The translations under genes and the position numbers were made by a program. The notes under the pieces are model-generated. The model was not told the origin of the DNA. It made no database searches and saw nothing but the letters and a program-made list of their open reading frames with translations. 64,000 bases of DNA from Sulfolobales archaeon (GTDB taxonomy: Archaea > Thermoproteota > Thermoprotei_A > Sulfolobales > NBVN01), in NCBI GenBank assembly GCA_038831135.1, contig JAWBKW010000001.1, positions 5,614 through 69,613 of the forward strand, written 5' to 3'. Below, piece by piece: positions 1 through 8,291 of the stretch (the first letter of the stretch is position 1; each line of letters opens with the position of its first letter).

Positions 1-98
1 ATATGCCTTAAATACTTTACCTCTTCCTGAGGGAGTTGAGGTTATAGACATCACTCCAATACTCTCGGACGCTATAAATAATTTAATTAGGAATTAAG

Positions 99-1148
99 AT
101 GGTAGCAATTAAGTATTATGTAGTTCTATCCGGTGAGCATAGAACACTCCCTGCTTCTGAGTTAAGGTCAATAGCGTTAGCTGAGGGATTAAGTTATAGG
201 GAGTTAGCTAACTTAGACATGGTTCTGATTTCCGAGTCAACAGAAGATTTACCGACTTACGTAGCCAGAGCAGCACTAACTAAAGTTTTTGGCGAAGTCA
301 TCACTATTTCAGAGTCTGGTGCTGACCTCTCGAGTGTAGCTAAGGACATTAATTGGGATGAAGTATTACGCGATAATGAATTATATACTATAGACTTAAT
401 TCGTATTAAGGAATACTCCAAATGGATTACTTACGAATCAATAATAAACACCGTTAAGCCATTAATACATAAGAAATTCTTACACTATAGTGAGGTAGCT
501 AAGACTCTAACACCTCCGGCTGTGGTGGACTTCATCCTCAGCGATGGTTTGTTAATCGTAGGTAAGAGACGTTATAAACGGGAGTTCTCAATCTTCAGTA
601 GTAAAGACCCTAAAAATAGACCGGTCTACAGGCCTGGGACCATGAAATCCGTAATGTCAAGAGTTTTAGTTAACTTAAGTAGAGTAAGTGTTAGGAGGAA
701 GGAAACCTACCTAGATCCTTTCTGTGGGGTCGGGGGTCTCTTAATCGAGGCATGCTCCATTGGACTCAGATACGTAGGTTCCGACATAGATAGTAAGTGT
801 GTAGAGGGTGCTAGAGATAACCTAACCCACTTCAACTGCGTCCCATCAGTAATCGTAGCTGACGCATGTAAATTACCTTATAGGTACGTTGATGGGGTCG
901 GTACAGACCCTCCCTACGGTAGATTAACTAGGAGTGGAGGACGTAAGACTCTTTACGAACTAATGGAGTGTACTATTAATTGCTTAGCCGATGTAATTAA
1001 GAGGGGAGGTTATTTAGTGCTAGCTCAGTCTAAGGAAGTACCTCTATATGACTTACTAACTAATGCTGGCTTTAAGTTGATTGAGAGGCATTATAATTGG
1101 CTCCATAGATCCTTAATTAGGAATATATATGTGGCTGTTAGGGCATGA
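99..1148 (+). CDS. THUMP-domain tRNA (guanine-N2)-methyltransferase, Trm11/Trm-G10 family
   Basis: 349 aa. SAM motif I LDPFCGVGGLLIEA and N-methyltransferase motif IV TDPPYG lie in the C-terminal half. The N-terminal half is THUMP-sized. The stop overlaps the next gene's start by 4 nt. Confidence 0.7.
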   Translation: MVAIKYYVVLSGEHRTLPASELRSIALAEGLSYRELANLDMVLISESTEDLPTYVARAALTKVFGEVITISESGADLSSVAKDINWDEVLRDNELYTIDLIRIKEYSKWITYESIINTVKPLIHKKFLHYSEVAKTLTPPAVVDFILSDGLLIVGKRRYKREFSIFSSKDPKNRPVYRPGTMKSVMSRVLVNLSRVSVRRKETYLDPFCGVGGLLIEACSIGLRYVGSDIDSKCVEGARDNLTHFNCVPSVIVADACKLPYRYVDGVGTDPPYGRLTRSGGRKTLYELMECTINCLADVIKRGGYLVLAQSKEVPLYDLLTNAGFKLIERHYNWLHRSLIRNIYVAVRA

Positions 1149-1894
1149 ACCTTAAGATAATCTTCCTCGGTTGTAGAGCACCATCACCATCACTCAACGC
1201 CTTCACATCAATAGCAGTAGTCTGCGGCGGCGAAGTAATATTATTAGATGCCGGTGAAGGCACGCAGAAGTACTTAACTCTAGCTGGGTTAAGTCTAGCT
1301 AAAGTTACGAACGTGTTCATAACACACCTACATGGTGACCATGTACTGGGTTTAATCCCTCTTATGGAGTCGAGGTCATTACTAGGTATTGAGAAGGGAT
1401 TAACGATCTACGGACCTCCAGGAATTAAGGAATATATCCAGCATAATCTAAGGATACTTAACTTCACCCCCATATATCCTTACGAGGTGATTGAAGGGGG
1501 TAAATTCAATTTAGAAAATAATAAGTACTCTGCGGAATCGTTCCCAGTTACGCATTCAGTAAATACTTTAGGTGTTAAACTCAGGATCCGTAACAAAACC
1601 ATAGTCTATACCTCAGACTCAAAACCCTGTGACGCAATAATTAAGAATGCTGAAAAAGCTGACGTATTAATACATGACTCAACATACAGTTATATTGACT
1701 CAGATAAAGCACGTGAGTACATGCACTCGACTTCTGTGGAAGCGGCCTTAGATGCCGCACTCTCAGATGTTAAGACATTAGTCCTCACCCATGTTAGTAT
1801 GCGTTACGATGATACGTCAAAATTGGAGCGTGAGGCTAAAGCAAAATTCTTCAACACTATAATGGCTGAGGAGTTAATGACTATGTTTCTATAG
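1145..1894 (+). CDS. rnz: Ribonuclease Z (tRNA 3' endonuclease), short form
   Basis: 249 aa. Metallo-beta-lactamase signature ITHLHGDHVLGL (HxHxDH) and an N-terminal FLGC...LLDAGEGT pattern typical of RNase Z. Confidence 0.8.
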   Translation: MNLKIIFLGCRAPSPSLNAFTSIAVVCGGEVILLDAGEGTQKYLTLAGLSLAKVTNVFITHLHGDHVLGLIPLMESRSLLGIEKGLTIYGPPGIKEYIQHNLRILNFTPIYPYEVIEGGKFNLENNKYSAESFPVTHSVNTLGVKLRIRNKTIVYTSDSKPCDAIIKNAEKADVLIHDSTYSYIDSDKAREYMHSTSVEAALDAALSDVKTLVLTHVSMRYDDTSKLEREAKAKFFNTIMAEELMTMFL

Positions 1895-1899
1895 ATTCA

Positions 1900-2340
1900 T
1901 CATACTTTAGGAATAGGGGATTCCCAAAGAGGTCTACCCTTAGATGTTTTAGGAGCTAACCAATCGATTACCTCCCTAACTTTATCTGTAGTTATAGTTA
2001 GGGTTATTGGTCCTAGCGGTGATTCCTCGTCATGAGTTATGAGGGATGCCTTACCAGCATACGCTGATTGTTTATGGAATTTAAGCACTAAAGTGTTTTC
2101 TCCAACTAAAGATTTCAGCATAACGTTACGTGCGGTATCTAAGATCCTCTCAACACGTAAGAGTCTATGTAGCTTAATTAATGACTTAATATCCGTTGAA
2201 ACACCCACTAATAATTTATACCCTCCGCCAACATCTACAACATCTAACTTACTTACATCAACTAAGTTAAGTACCGCCTTCTTAACCTTATCAACGTCTT
2301 CAGTGGGCTTAACCTCGGTCTCTACACGTACCTCAATCAA
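1900..2340 (-). CDS. UPF0201/DUF54-type small protein (putative RNA-binding)
   Basis: 146 aa. The N-terminus MIEVRVETEVKPTEDVDKVKKAVLNL matches my memory of the archaeal UPF0201 family. It overlaps the upstream UPF0200-like gene by 4 nt, a conserved archaeal pair. Confidence 0.5.
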   Translation of the reverse strand: MIEVRVETEVKPTEDVDKVKKAVLNLVDVSKLDVVDVGGGYKLLVGVSTDIKSLIKLHRLLRVERILDTARNVMLKSLVGENTLVLKFHKQSAYAGKASLITHDEESPLGPITLTITTDKVREVIDWLAPKTSKGRPLWESPIPKV

Positions 2341-2915
2341 CGCTTAACTAACTCCTTAACCTTATTTACTACGTGATAAGTTAGCTCGTCAGCTCTTAAA
2401 CCTTCGTTAACTACCATCAAGTCAGCTAACGCGATTACGGAGCCTAAACCTAATCCTAATTCGCTTAGGTCTCTTTGAACGAACTCGTCCCAATCCTTAG
2501 GATCGCCGTCTCTCCCCCTTAACGAAAGCCTTAAGAACCTAGTCCTAGGCGATGAATGTATAGCTATTACGTAAACATCACCGTATTTCTTAAAGGTATT
2601 AACCTCATCTAAAGATCTAACCCCATCAACCACAACTATTTTAATCCCTTTACTTAAGACCTCCTTAACTACCTCCCTAGCGATATAATCAGCGCCGTTT
2701 TCCCTACGTATTTCCTTAGCGAACTCCATAATAGACTTAGATGTCATCTTAATACCTCTCTTCACGGCTTCACGTCTTATAATATCCCCCATAGAAACTA
2801 CAGCATCAACGAGATGTTTAACTCCATTAACTACTAAGGTCTTCCCGGACCCAGGCATACCAGTAACACATATAAATAAACGTTTCGTATCTTCAGGGAT
2901 TTCTATACTTAACAC
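2337..2915 (-). CDS. UPF0200-type P-loop kinase (dephospho-CoA-kinase/adenylate-kinase-like)
   Basis: 192 aa. Walker A motif GMPGSGKT near the N-terminus. Its size and its pairing with the UPF0201-like gene fit the family. Confidence 0.6.
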   Translation of the reverse strand: MLSIEIPEDTKRLFICVTGMPGSGKTLVVNGVKHLVDAVVSMGDIIRREAVKRGIKMTSKSIMEFAKEIRRENGADYIAREVVKEVLSKGIKIVVVDGVRSLDEVNTFKKYGDVYVIAIHSSPRTRFLRLSLRGRDGDPKDWDEFVQRDLSELGLGLGSVIALADLMVVNEGLRADELTYHVVNKVKELVKR

Positions 2916-3037
2916 CTTAAGTAGTAATAAGTTTGAGTTCTTAATTAAGCTATGTACTTGAAGTAATAACTCAACGACCGTATTAATTGCGACTACCTTT
3001 ATCTGTATCTCAGAATTATTACTCTATCGGTGCTTGT

Positions 3038-3220
3038 ATGCCTGTAATATATAGATGTAGCATATGCGGTTCCGTACTATATTCTTTCGATAAAGTAGGG
3101 CAGGACTTCTACGGACTGCCAACACCTTCCGAATTAGCTACTAAGTTAGGTGGTAAATGCTTTAAATGCGGAAGCAGTCTAGGAACCCCTAAACTAGATA
3201 ATATTAAGTTATCTAAGTAG
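3038..3220 (+). CDS. Small zinc-ribbon protein (function unknown)
   Basis: 60 aa from the ATG at 3038; the track ORF starts at a TTG at 2987. Two CxxC pairs (CSICG, CFKCG). The 3' end overlaps the convergent cca gene by 8 nt. Confidence 0.35.
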   Translation: MPVIYRCSICGSVLYSFDKVGQDFYGLPTPSELATKLGGKCFKCGSSLGTPKLDNIKLSK

Positions 3221-4625
3221 TATCGCTGAGCCACTGCGGTCTTTTAGAAATAAATCTATAAAACCACACCTTAAACTCGTCAGAGCTATCATAAATAGGT
3301 TTTAAATTACATATCTTAACCACTTCATAACTCCGAATATGCCTCGCCATAAGTATCTTACCAGCCTCGCCAAGCAACACGTCATACGGTGTTAAGTACT
3401 TCCTAACCTTCATAACTACTAAATCACCTAAGTCGTTGATCCATGGACCCACAGAACCTTCACCTTCAACACCTAAGTATTTCTCTAAGAACTTACCAGC
3501 ATCCTCAGTCCTAAAAGATTTAGGGCCTACGTGTAGTGTGTAGAGAGGTAATTCCCTAGGAACTACCTCATAAAGTAATACACCTAAACTCACTTCATCA
3601 CACCATAAATCGCTGTCAACGACTTCGAAGTCGAACTGCTTTAAGAGGCTTTGACCACGTCTCAAACACTTCTTAAGTTCTCCCCATATAACATCAGGTG
3701 AAGTGCCTTCTTCATAAATAATTAAGTAACCAACCACTGCTGTCCTGCGATTATTTATGGATTGTTCCGCATCATCCCAACTACCTACACTTGTTTTAGG
3801 GTAGAAATAATTTATTGATGGTCTCTCTAAAAACCTCCTACACGCTAAAACAGCTGTAGAAAGAGATTTAGGTGATAGTGCTGCGGCAGCGTTTCTCCTA
3901 GGGTCTACAGGGTCGGGGAAGATTAGCGGTTTCTTCTCAAAAACCCTTAAATAATCTCTAATATCTTCAAACATTTTTAAAAGGTCGATTACCTGGGGTG
4001 GTTTCCAATTAGCAATACCTTTTACAGCATCTATAAACGACCCATAGTAAATTATGAGTAATTCCGTTAGATATCCGGAAAATCCCTCAGTCTTGATTTC
4101 AGCACCGTAAACCCCTATACCCTTGAAAAATTTCTTAAGTAGTCTTACATCATTATTCATTTCCTTAGTCAGCTTACTCTTAACGAAGGCTGTGTGGAAT
4201 ACCGTTCTATCTACTGCAGTCTTAATCTCATCTACGCTAAACGCCATATATGCTGGTACGACATCCACTTCAATACCGTCCTCCTTAAACCTTAGGTATG
4301 GATGGGAAGCGTAGAGTCTCTTAGGTTTGAAGGGGCTTAATACCTCAAGCATCTTATTCACTAATCCCTCTAGCCATTCCTTAGTCATTCCATCATATCT
4401 GATTAGGACGAAGATATCAAGGTCTGTATCATTCCTAATGTGCGTATCTTTGCTAACAGATCCCTCTAGGCTGATTCTGAAGGGGTAATTAAGCTCCTTA
4501 AGTAGAGGTTCTAGACGCGAACTAAGATCCTTAAATAAATCTAAGGCTCGCTGAGTCTCTTCAGGAGTTGGTAATATGGTGTTTAGTACATAGTCGCGGA
4601 TAGACCTTAAGTCCTTCTCGAACAT
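3213..4625 (-). CDS. cca: CCA-adding tRNA nucleotidyltransferase (archaeal class I)
   Basis: 470 aa. Nucleotidyltransferase motif LEGSVSKDTHIRNDTDLDIFVL (GS...DxD). Length and layout are typical of the archaeal CCA-adding enzyme. Confidence 0.85.
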   Translation of the reverse strand: MFEKDLRSIRDYVLNTILPTPEETQRALDLFKDLSSRLEPLLKELNYPFRISLEGSVSKDTHIRNDTDLDIFVLIRYDGMTKEWLEGLVNKMLEVLSPFKPKRLYASHPYLRFKEDGIEVDVVPAYMAFSVDEIKTAVDRTVFHTAFVKSKLTKEMNNDVRLLKKFFKGIGVYGAEIKTEGFSGYLTELLIIYYGSFIDAVKGIANWKPPQVIDLLKMFEDIRDYLRVFEKKPLIFPDPVDPRRNAAAALSPKSLSTAVLACRRFLERPSINYFYPKTSVGSWDDAEQSINNRRTAVVGYLIIYEEGTSPDVIWGELKKCLRRGQSLLKQFDFEVVDSDLWCDEVSLGVLLYEVVPRELPLYTLHVGPKSFRTEDAGKFLEKYLGVEGEGSVGPWINDLGDLVVMKVRKYLTPYDVLLGEAGKILMARHIRSYEVVKICNLKPIYDSSDEFKVWFYRFISKRPQWLSDTT

Positions 4626-4627
4626 CT

Positions 4628-5197
4628 CTAATCAGCTAATAGAACTTCAAATAAGTCCGAATATATAGGTCCTTTAGGTGTTAATGTGCTCTTCTTAAGC
4701 TTGACTTTAGTCACGGGCGAAGGACCAACATCCACATCATTCAATTCTGCAAAGAGTTCTGATAAACACCTACTTGGTTTAAACTCCTTAACACGGGCTA
4801 ATGTTAGATGTGGAGTAAACTCCTCCTTCTCTGGTTGAAAACCTAACCTCCTTAAACCCTTCTCTATACAATCCCTAATTAATTTTAATTGATTAGAGCC
4901 TTCAGAAACACCTAACCATATGACTCTAGGCCTTCCCACGGATGGGAATGCCCCAACACCTCTAAATCTAATGCTAAACCTCTTAAAATTTGAAACACAT
5001 TGCAATACATTAGTAATATCATTTATTAAATGCTCGTTAACTTCTCCGATAAATCTTAAAGTCATATGTAGGTTCTCATCCTCTACAGCCTTCAAATCGA
5101 TGTATGACGAGCAAGCATTCACTCTATTCTTAATATCGATAATCCTCTTTAAGGTGTTTAAGTCCTCCACCTCCACCGCTATGAAGACTCTTACCAT
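4628..5197 (-). CDS. thpR: RNA 2',3'-cyclic phosphodiesterase / 2'-5' RNA ligase (2H family)
   Basis: 189 aa. Two HxT/S motifs (HMTLRF and HLTLAR) define the 2H phosphoesterase fold. It lies 2 nt downstream of cca. Confidence 0.85.
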   Translation of the reverse strand: MVRVFIAVEVEDLNTLKRIIDIKNRVNACSSYIDLKAVEDENLHMTLRFIGEVNEHLINDITNVLQCVSNFKRFSIRFRGVGAFPSVGRPRVIWLGVSEGSNQLKLIRDCIEKGLRRLGFQPEKEEFTPHLTLARVKEFKPSRCLSELFAELNDVDVGPSPVTKVKLKKSTLTPKGPIYSDLFEVLLAD

Positions 5198-5264
5198 ACG
5201 TCATCAAGTCCCATTTTATATTGGGAATAAATGTTTAAATTTATGTTTTAGTTATGTGTGTGTG

Positions 5265-5373
5265 GGGGCCGTAGTCTAGCTTGGCTAGGATGCCAGCCTG
5301 GGGAGGAATCCCCACCGGACCGCTGGTAGGGCATACCTCAGTAAGGTCCCGGGTTCAAATCCCGGCGGCCCCA
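5265..5373 (+). tRNA. tRNA-Pro (GGG) with two introns
   Basis: Acceptor GGGGCCG/CGGCCCC plus discriminator A. T arm CCGGG-TTCAAAT-CCCGG. Anticodon stem CCAGC/GCTGG with loop CTGGGG..C and anticodon at 5300-5302. The gene is 109 nt, about 34 nt too long. A 17-nt insert at 5304-5320 follows position 37. A second ~17-nt insert lies within 5327-5348, in the variable-loop region. No encoded CCA. Confidence 0.85.
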
Positions 5374-5546
5374 CTATTTAGTTTAAGGGATTTAACCATT
5401 GATATAGCTCTCTTAGCGGCTTCCTCTAAATTATCTCCGGAGACATTAAATACTAGGTTCGTCCCTTTAATCCTTAATTTAAATCTACGCTCACCATCTA
5501 TGATGTATTCTTCAACGAGTTCTAAAACGATCCCCTTCTCATTCAT
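5355..5546 (-). CDS. Hypothetical small protein (63 aa)
   Basis: ORF only, with no motif. The last 19 nt are antisense to the tRNA-Pro 3' end. The stop TGA is the complement of the T-loop TTCA. Confidence 0.3.
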   Translation of the reverse strand: MNEKGIVLELVEEYIIDGERRFKLRIKGTNLVFNVSGDNLEEAAKRAISMVKSLKLNSGAAGI

Positions 5547-5635
5547 GTAATCACACCAACTTACTTTAGTAACATTAATTAAATAAGTGAGCTACATGAG
5601 TTATCCTTAATTCAATTCTCTTGAGCCGGAGTTAA

Positions 5636-6076
5636 TCATTTAATGTATTCCTCCAATGATGGTAATAACTTCAGCTCTCTTAGTACTTCGTCAAGGTCTT
5701 TACTATTTAATAACACGTCCTTACTTAATTTGTAGGTGTTATTATTTATTCTCTCTAATTGCTCTAGCCCTACGGTCCTCCATTTATCGCCAGATATTTT
5801 AACGGCTATGAATGCTTGACCACCAGCTCTCTCAGCGAAGTCTCTTAGTTTACGAATTTGCTCCTCACTTATGTATATGGTATCAGGCTTAGACCTACTC
5901 TTAACTTCAAACACTAAAACCTTACTTGATTTAATAGCTATTAAGTCAGGGTATTTAGCTTTCTTAATTTTGGCCCCACTTGCTGGAGCACGCATAACAG
6001 CAAAGCCATACTTCCAGAGTTTGATAACTAATTCACGTTCTGCTGCATACCCCTTAGTCCTTCTCATTAAACACAC
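5636..6076 (-). CDS. hjc: Holliday junction resolvase Hjc
   Basis: 146 aa. Pattern KGYAAERELV...GFAVMRAPASG...PDLIAI...VFEVKSR matches the archaeal Hjc nuclease core (E...PD...ExK). The true start may be the Met at 6067. Confidence 0.85.
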   Translation of the reverse strand: MCLMRRTKGYAAERELVIKLWKYGFAVMRAPASGAKIKKAKYPDLIAIKSSKVLVFEVKSRSKPDTIYISEEQIRKLRDFAERAGGQAFIAVKISGDKWRTVGLEQLERINNNTYKLSKDVLLNSKDLDEVLRELKLLPSLEEYIK

Positions 6077-6167
6077 CCAACTACTTTCAATAATGCTATC
6101 TCAAACTATAAATTAGTTAAGCATAAGTTTAAAATAAATGTAGATTATTTCCACATAGGTGTGATTC

Positions 6168-6965
6168 GTGATAGACATATTCACTATAATATTGATAGCA
6201 TTTACTGTGCTAATTATTTTCTCATTACTCAGCGCCAGCATTAAGGTTGTTAGGGAGTATGAAAGGGCCGTTCTCTTCAGACTTGGTAGATTAGTAGGTG
6301 TTAGAGGTCCCGGATTATTCATCATAATACCGTTCGTAGATAGTTTGGTTAAAGTTGATTTAAGGGTCGTAACTACTGACGTGCCTAGGCAGGAAATAAT
6401 GACTAGAGATAACGTTACAGTAAATGTTGATGCAGTAATCTACTATAGGGTTGCAGACCCTGAGAAGGCAGTCACTAAGGTAGCTAACTACCCATACACG
6501 ATAACTTTATTGAGTCAAACAGTATTAAGGGATGTTATAGGTCAGGTGGAGTTAGATGACTTACTCTCAAAAAGAGATGAACTCAATAAAAGGATTCAAA
6601 GTATTATAGATGAGACTACGATGCCTTGGGGTATTAAGGTAGTCGGCGTTACATTGAAGGGTGTTGAACTACCTGAAAATATGAAGAGAGCTATGGCTAA
6701 GCAGGCGGAGGCCGAAAGATGGAGGAGAGCTAGGATAATTGAGGCTGAGGGTGAAAAACAGGCATCTAAGATACTATCTGAAGCAGCTGAAGAATATGAA
6801 AGACATGCTGTAGCTATTAGGCTTAGGGAACTTCAGACATTGACCGAGATAGCTAAGGAGAAGTCATTAATTGTAGTGACGGAGACATCAAGACCTGAAT
6901 TAAGTGCCTTATCAACATCTATCGGGGTAGTAAAGCAATTAAGTAGTAAGGAAGAAGGAAAGTAG
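6168..6965 (+). CDS. SPFH/band-7 stomatin-like membrane protein
   Basis: 265 aa. N-terminal TM helix, then an SPFH core (VREYERAVLFRLGRL...VDLRV...TRDNV) and a C-terminal coiled coil (AEAERWRRARIIEAEGEKQA). Confidence 0.85.
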   Translation: MIDIFTIILIAFTVLIIFSLLSASIKVVREYERAVLFRLGRLVGVRGPGLFIIIPFVDSLVKVDLRVVTTDVPRQEIMTRDNVTVNVDAVIYYRVADPEKAVTKVANYPYTITLLSQTVLRDVIGQVELDDLLSKRDELNKRIQSIIDETTMPWGIKVVGVTLKGVELPENMKRAMAKQAEAERWRRARIIEAEGEKQASKILSEAAEEYERHAVAIRLRELQTLTEIAKEKSLIVVTETSRPELSALSTSIGVVKQLSSKEEGK

Positions 6966-6968
6966 GTT

Positions 6969-8291
6969 ATGCCTAAATTACTGCTTAGGTTAGCGTTACT
7001 AGTTGCTTTCTTAATGTTGTTACCCTCCTCATTAGTGTCTGATGCGTCACAGCAAATTAATGAGGCATTAGTGGTTGAGATACTACCTCCATTCGACACT
7101 ATAGACCCAGGCATCGCTGAATGCGTTAGGGAAGCGTTAGATGATGCTGAGCGCTCTAGAAACGCAGTAATTATTCTGATAGATTCTTATGGTGGTTGGC
7201 TTGACTCAGCGCTAGCTATAGGTGATGCTATATACCTATCTAAGACTCCAGTTATTGGATTTGTAGCTGGTGGTAAAGCCTTAAGTGCAGGTACGTTAAT
7301 ACTCCTACCTACCCATATATTCGCGATATCCTCTAACTCCATAATAGGTGCTATGCAACCAGTTTCCTACGACCCGTTAACTGGTAGTGTAAGGTACTTA
7401 AATGAGAGTAAGGTACTAAATCCAATCATCGAGAAGGCTGTATTATATGCTGAGAGTAGAGGTAGGAACGTATCCTTAATTAAGGAATTCATAACAAGTA
7501 ACTTAGTTCTAAATGCTGAGGAATCTAGGGGATTAGGTATAAGCGACTTAATAGTAAACAGCATAGACGAATTAATTAATGAAGTTAACGGGGAGGAAGT
7601 TAAGACTGTGCTAAACACGTATACCATAAATATAAAGAGTTATCACCGCTATACGTGTAGCCTAAGGTCTAGAACGCTCTCCGTACTCACAAATACGTTA
7701 GTTAGTACAGTATTATTTACTGTTGGCGTTATGGCCTTAATTTTCTCGGTAGCGTCCGCCAACCTCTACGCAGCCTCCTTGGCCTTAGTCTTCCTAATTT
7801 TAGGACTTATAGGTTCTGGCTTCAATCCGAACATAGCCTCGCTATTAATGATAGTACTAGGTTCGCTACTTCTTATGCTGGAGCTCTTCGTAATACCCGG
7901 TTTCGGTATTACGGGTATTGCCGGAATTATCTTCTTAGTATTCGGTATACTACTCATCCCATCTTCCATCCCAGCAACAACTGCTTTAACTCCGGAGCAA
8001 TTAACAGTTTTTAGATTTACTGCAATAATTATCGGAGTTATAGGTGCGTCTACAACAACATTAATATTTATGAAATTAGTTAAAATTAGGAAGATGAAGA
8101 GACAACTCTTTAATTTAGAGGGTAAGGTAGGTAAGGCCTTAGATAGGCTAATCCCTAACACGTACGGATACGTATTCGTTGAAGGTGAGTATTGGCTGGC
8201 TAAGTCTGAAGAGCCTATAGAACCTGGTGAGTTAGTAGTCGTAGTAAAGCATGTAGAAACTCATTTAGTGGTGCGTAAGTATGTCACTTAG
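6969..8291 (+). CDS. NfeD-family membrane-bound ClpP-class serine protease (stomatin operon partner)
   Basis: 440 aa. Signal/TM, ClpP-like domain (IDSYGGWLDSA...GKALSAGTLI), multi-TM middle and a C-terminal OB-like NfeD domain (GYVFVEGEYWLAKS). It lies 3 nt after the stomatin gene. Confidence 0.8.
   Translation: MPKLLLRLALLVAFLMLLPSSLVSDASQQINEALVVEILPPFDTIDPGIAECVREALDDAERSRNAVIILIDSYGGWLDSALAIGDAIYLSKTPVIGFVAGGKALSAGTLILLPTHIFAISSNSIIGAMQPVSYDPLTGSVRYLNESKVLNPIIEKAVLYAESRGRNVSLIKEFITSNLVLNAEESRGLGISDLIVNSIDELINEVNGEEVKTVLNTYTINIKSYHRYTCSLRSRTLSVLTNTLVSTVLFTVGVMALIFSVASANLYAASLALVFLILGLIGSGFNPNIASLLMIVLGSLLLMLELFVIPGFGITGIAGIIFLVFGILLIPSSIPATTALTPEQLTVFRFTAIIIGVIGASTTTLIFMKLVKIRKMKRQLFNLEGKVGKALDRLIPNTYGYVFVEGEYWLAKSEEPIEPGELVVVVKHVETHLVVRKYVT

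Noticed and set aside
6258-6330. C/D-box-like ATGATGA ... CTGA (38-nt spacing) on the minus strand inside the stomatin gene
   Set aside because: The overall spacing fits, but the implied D' (CTCT) and C' (ACCTACT) are unrecognisable. It is also antisense to a well-supported CDS.
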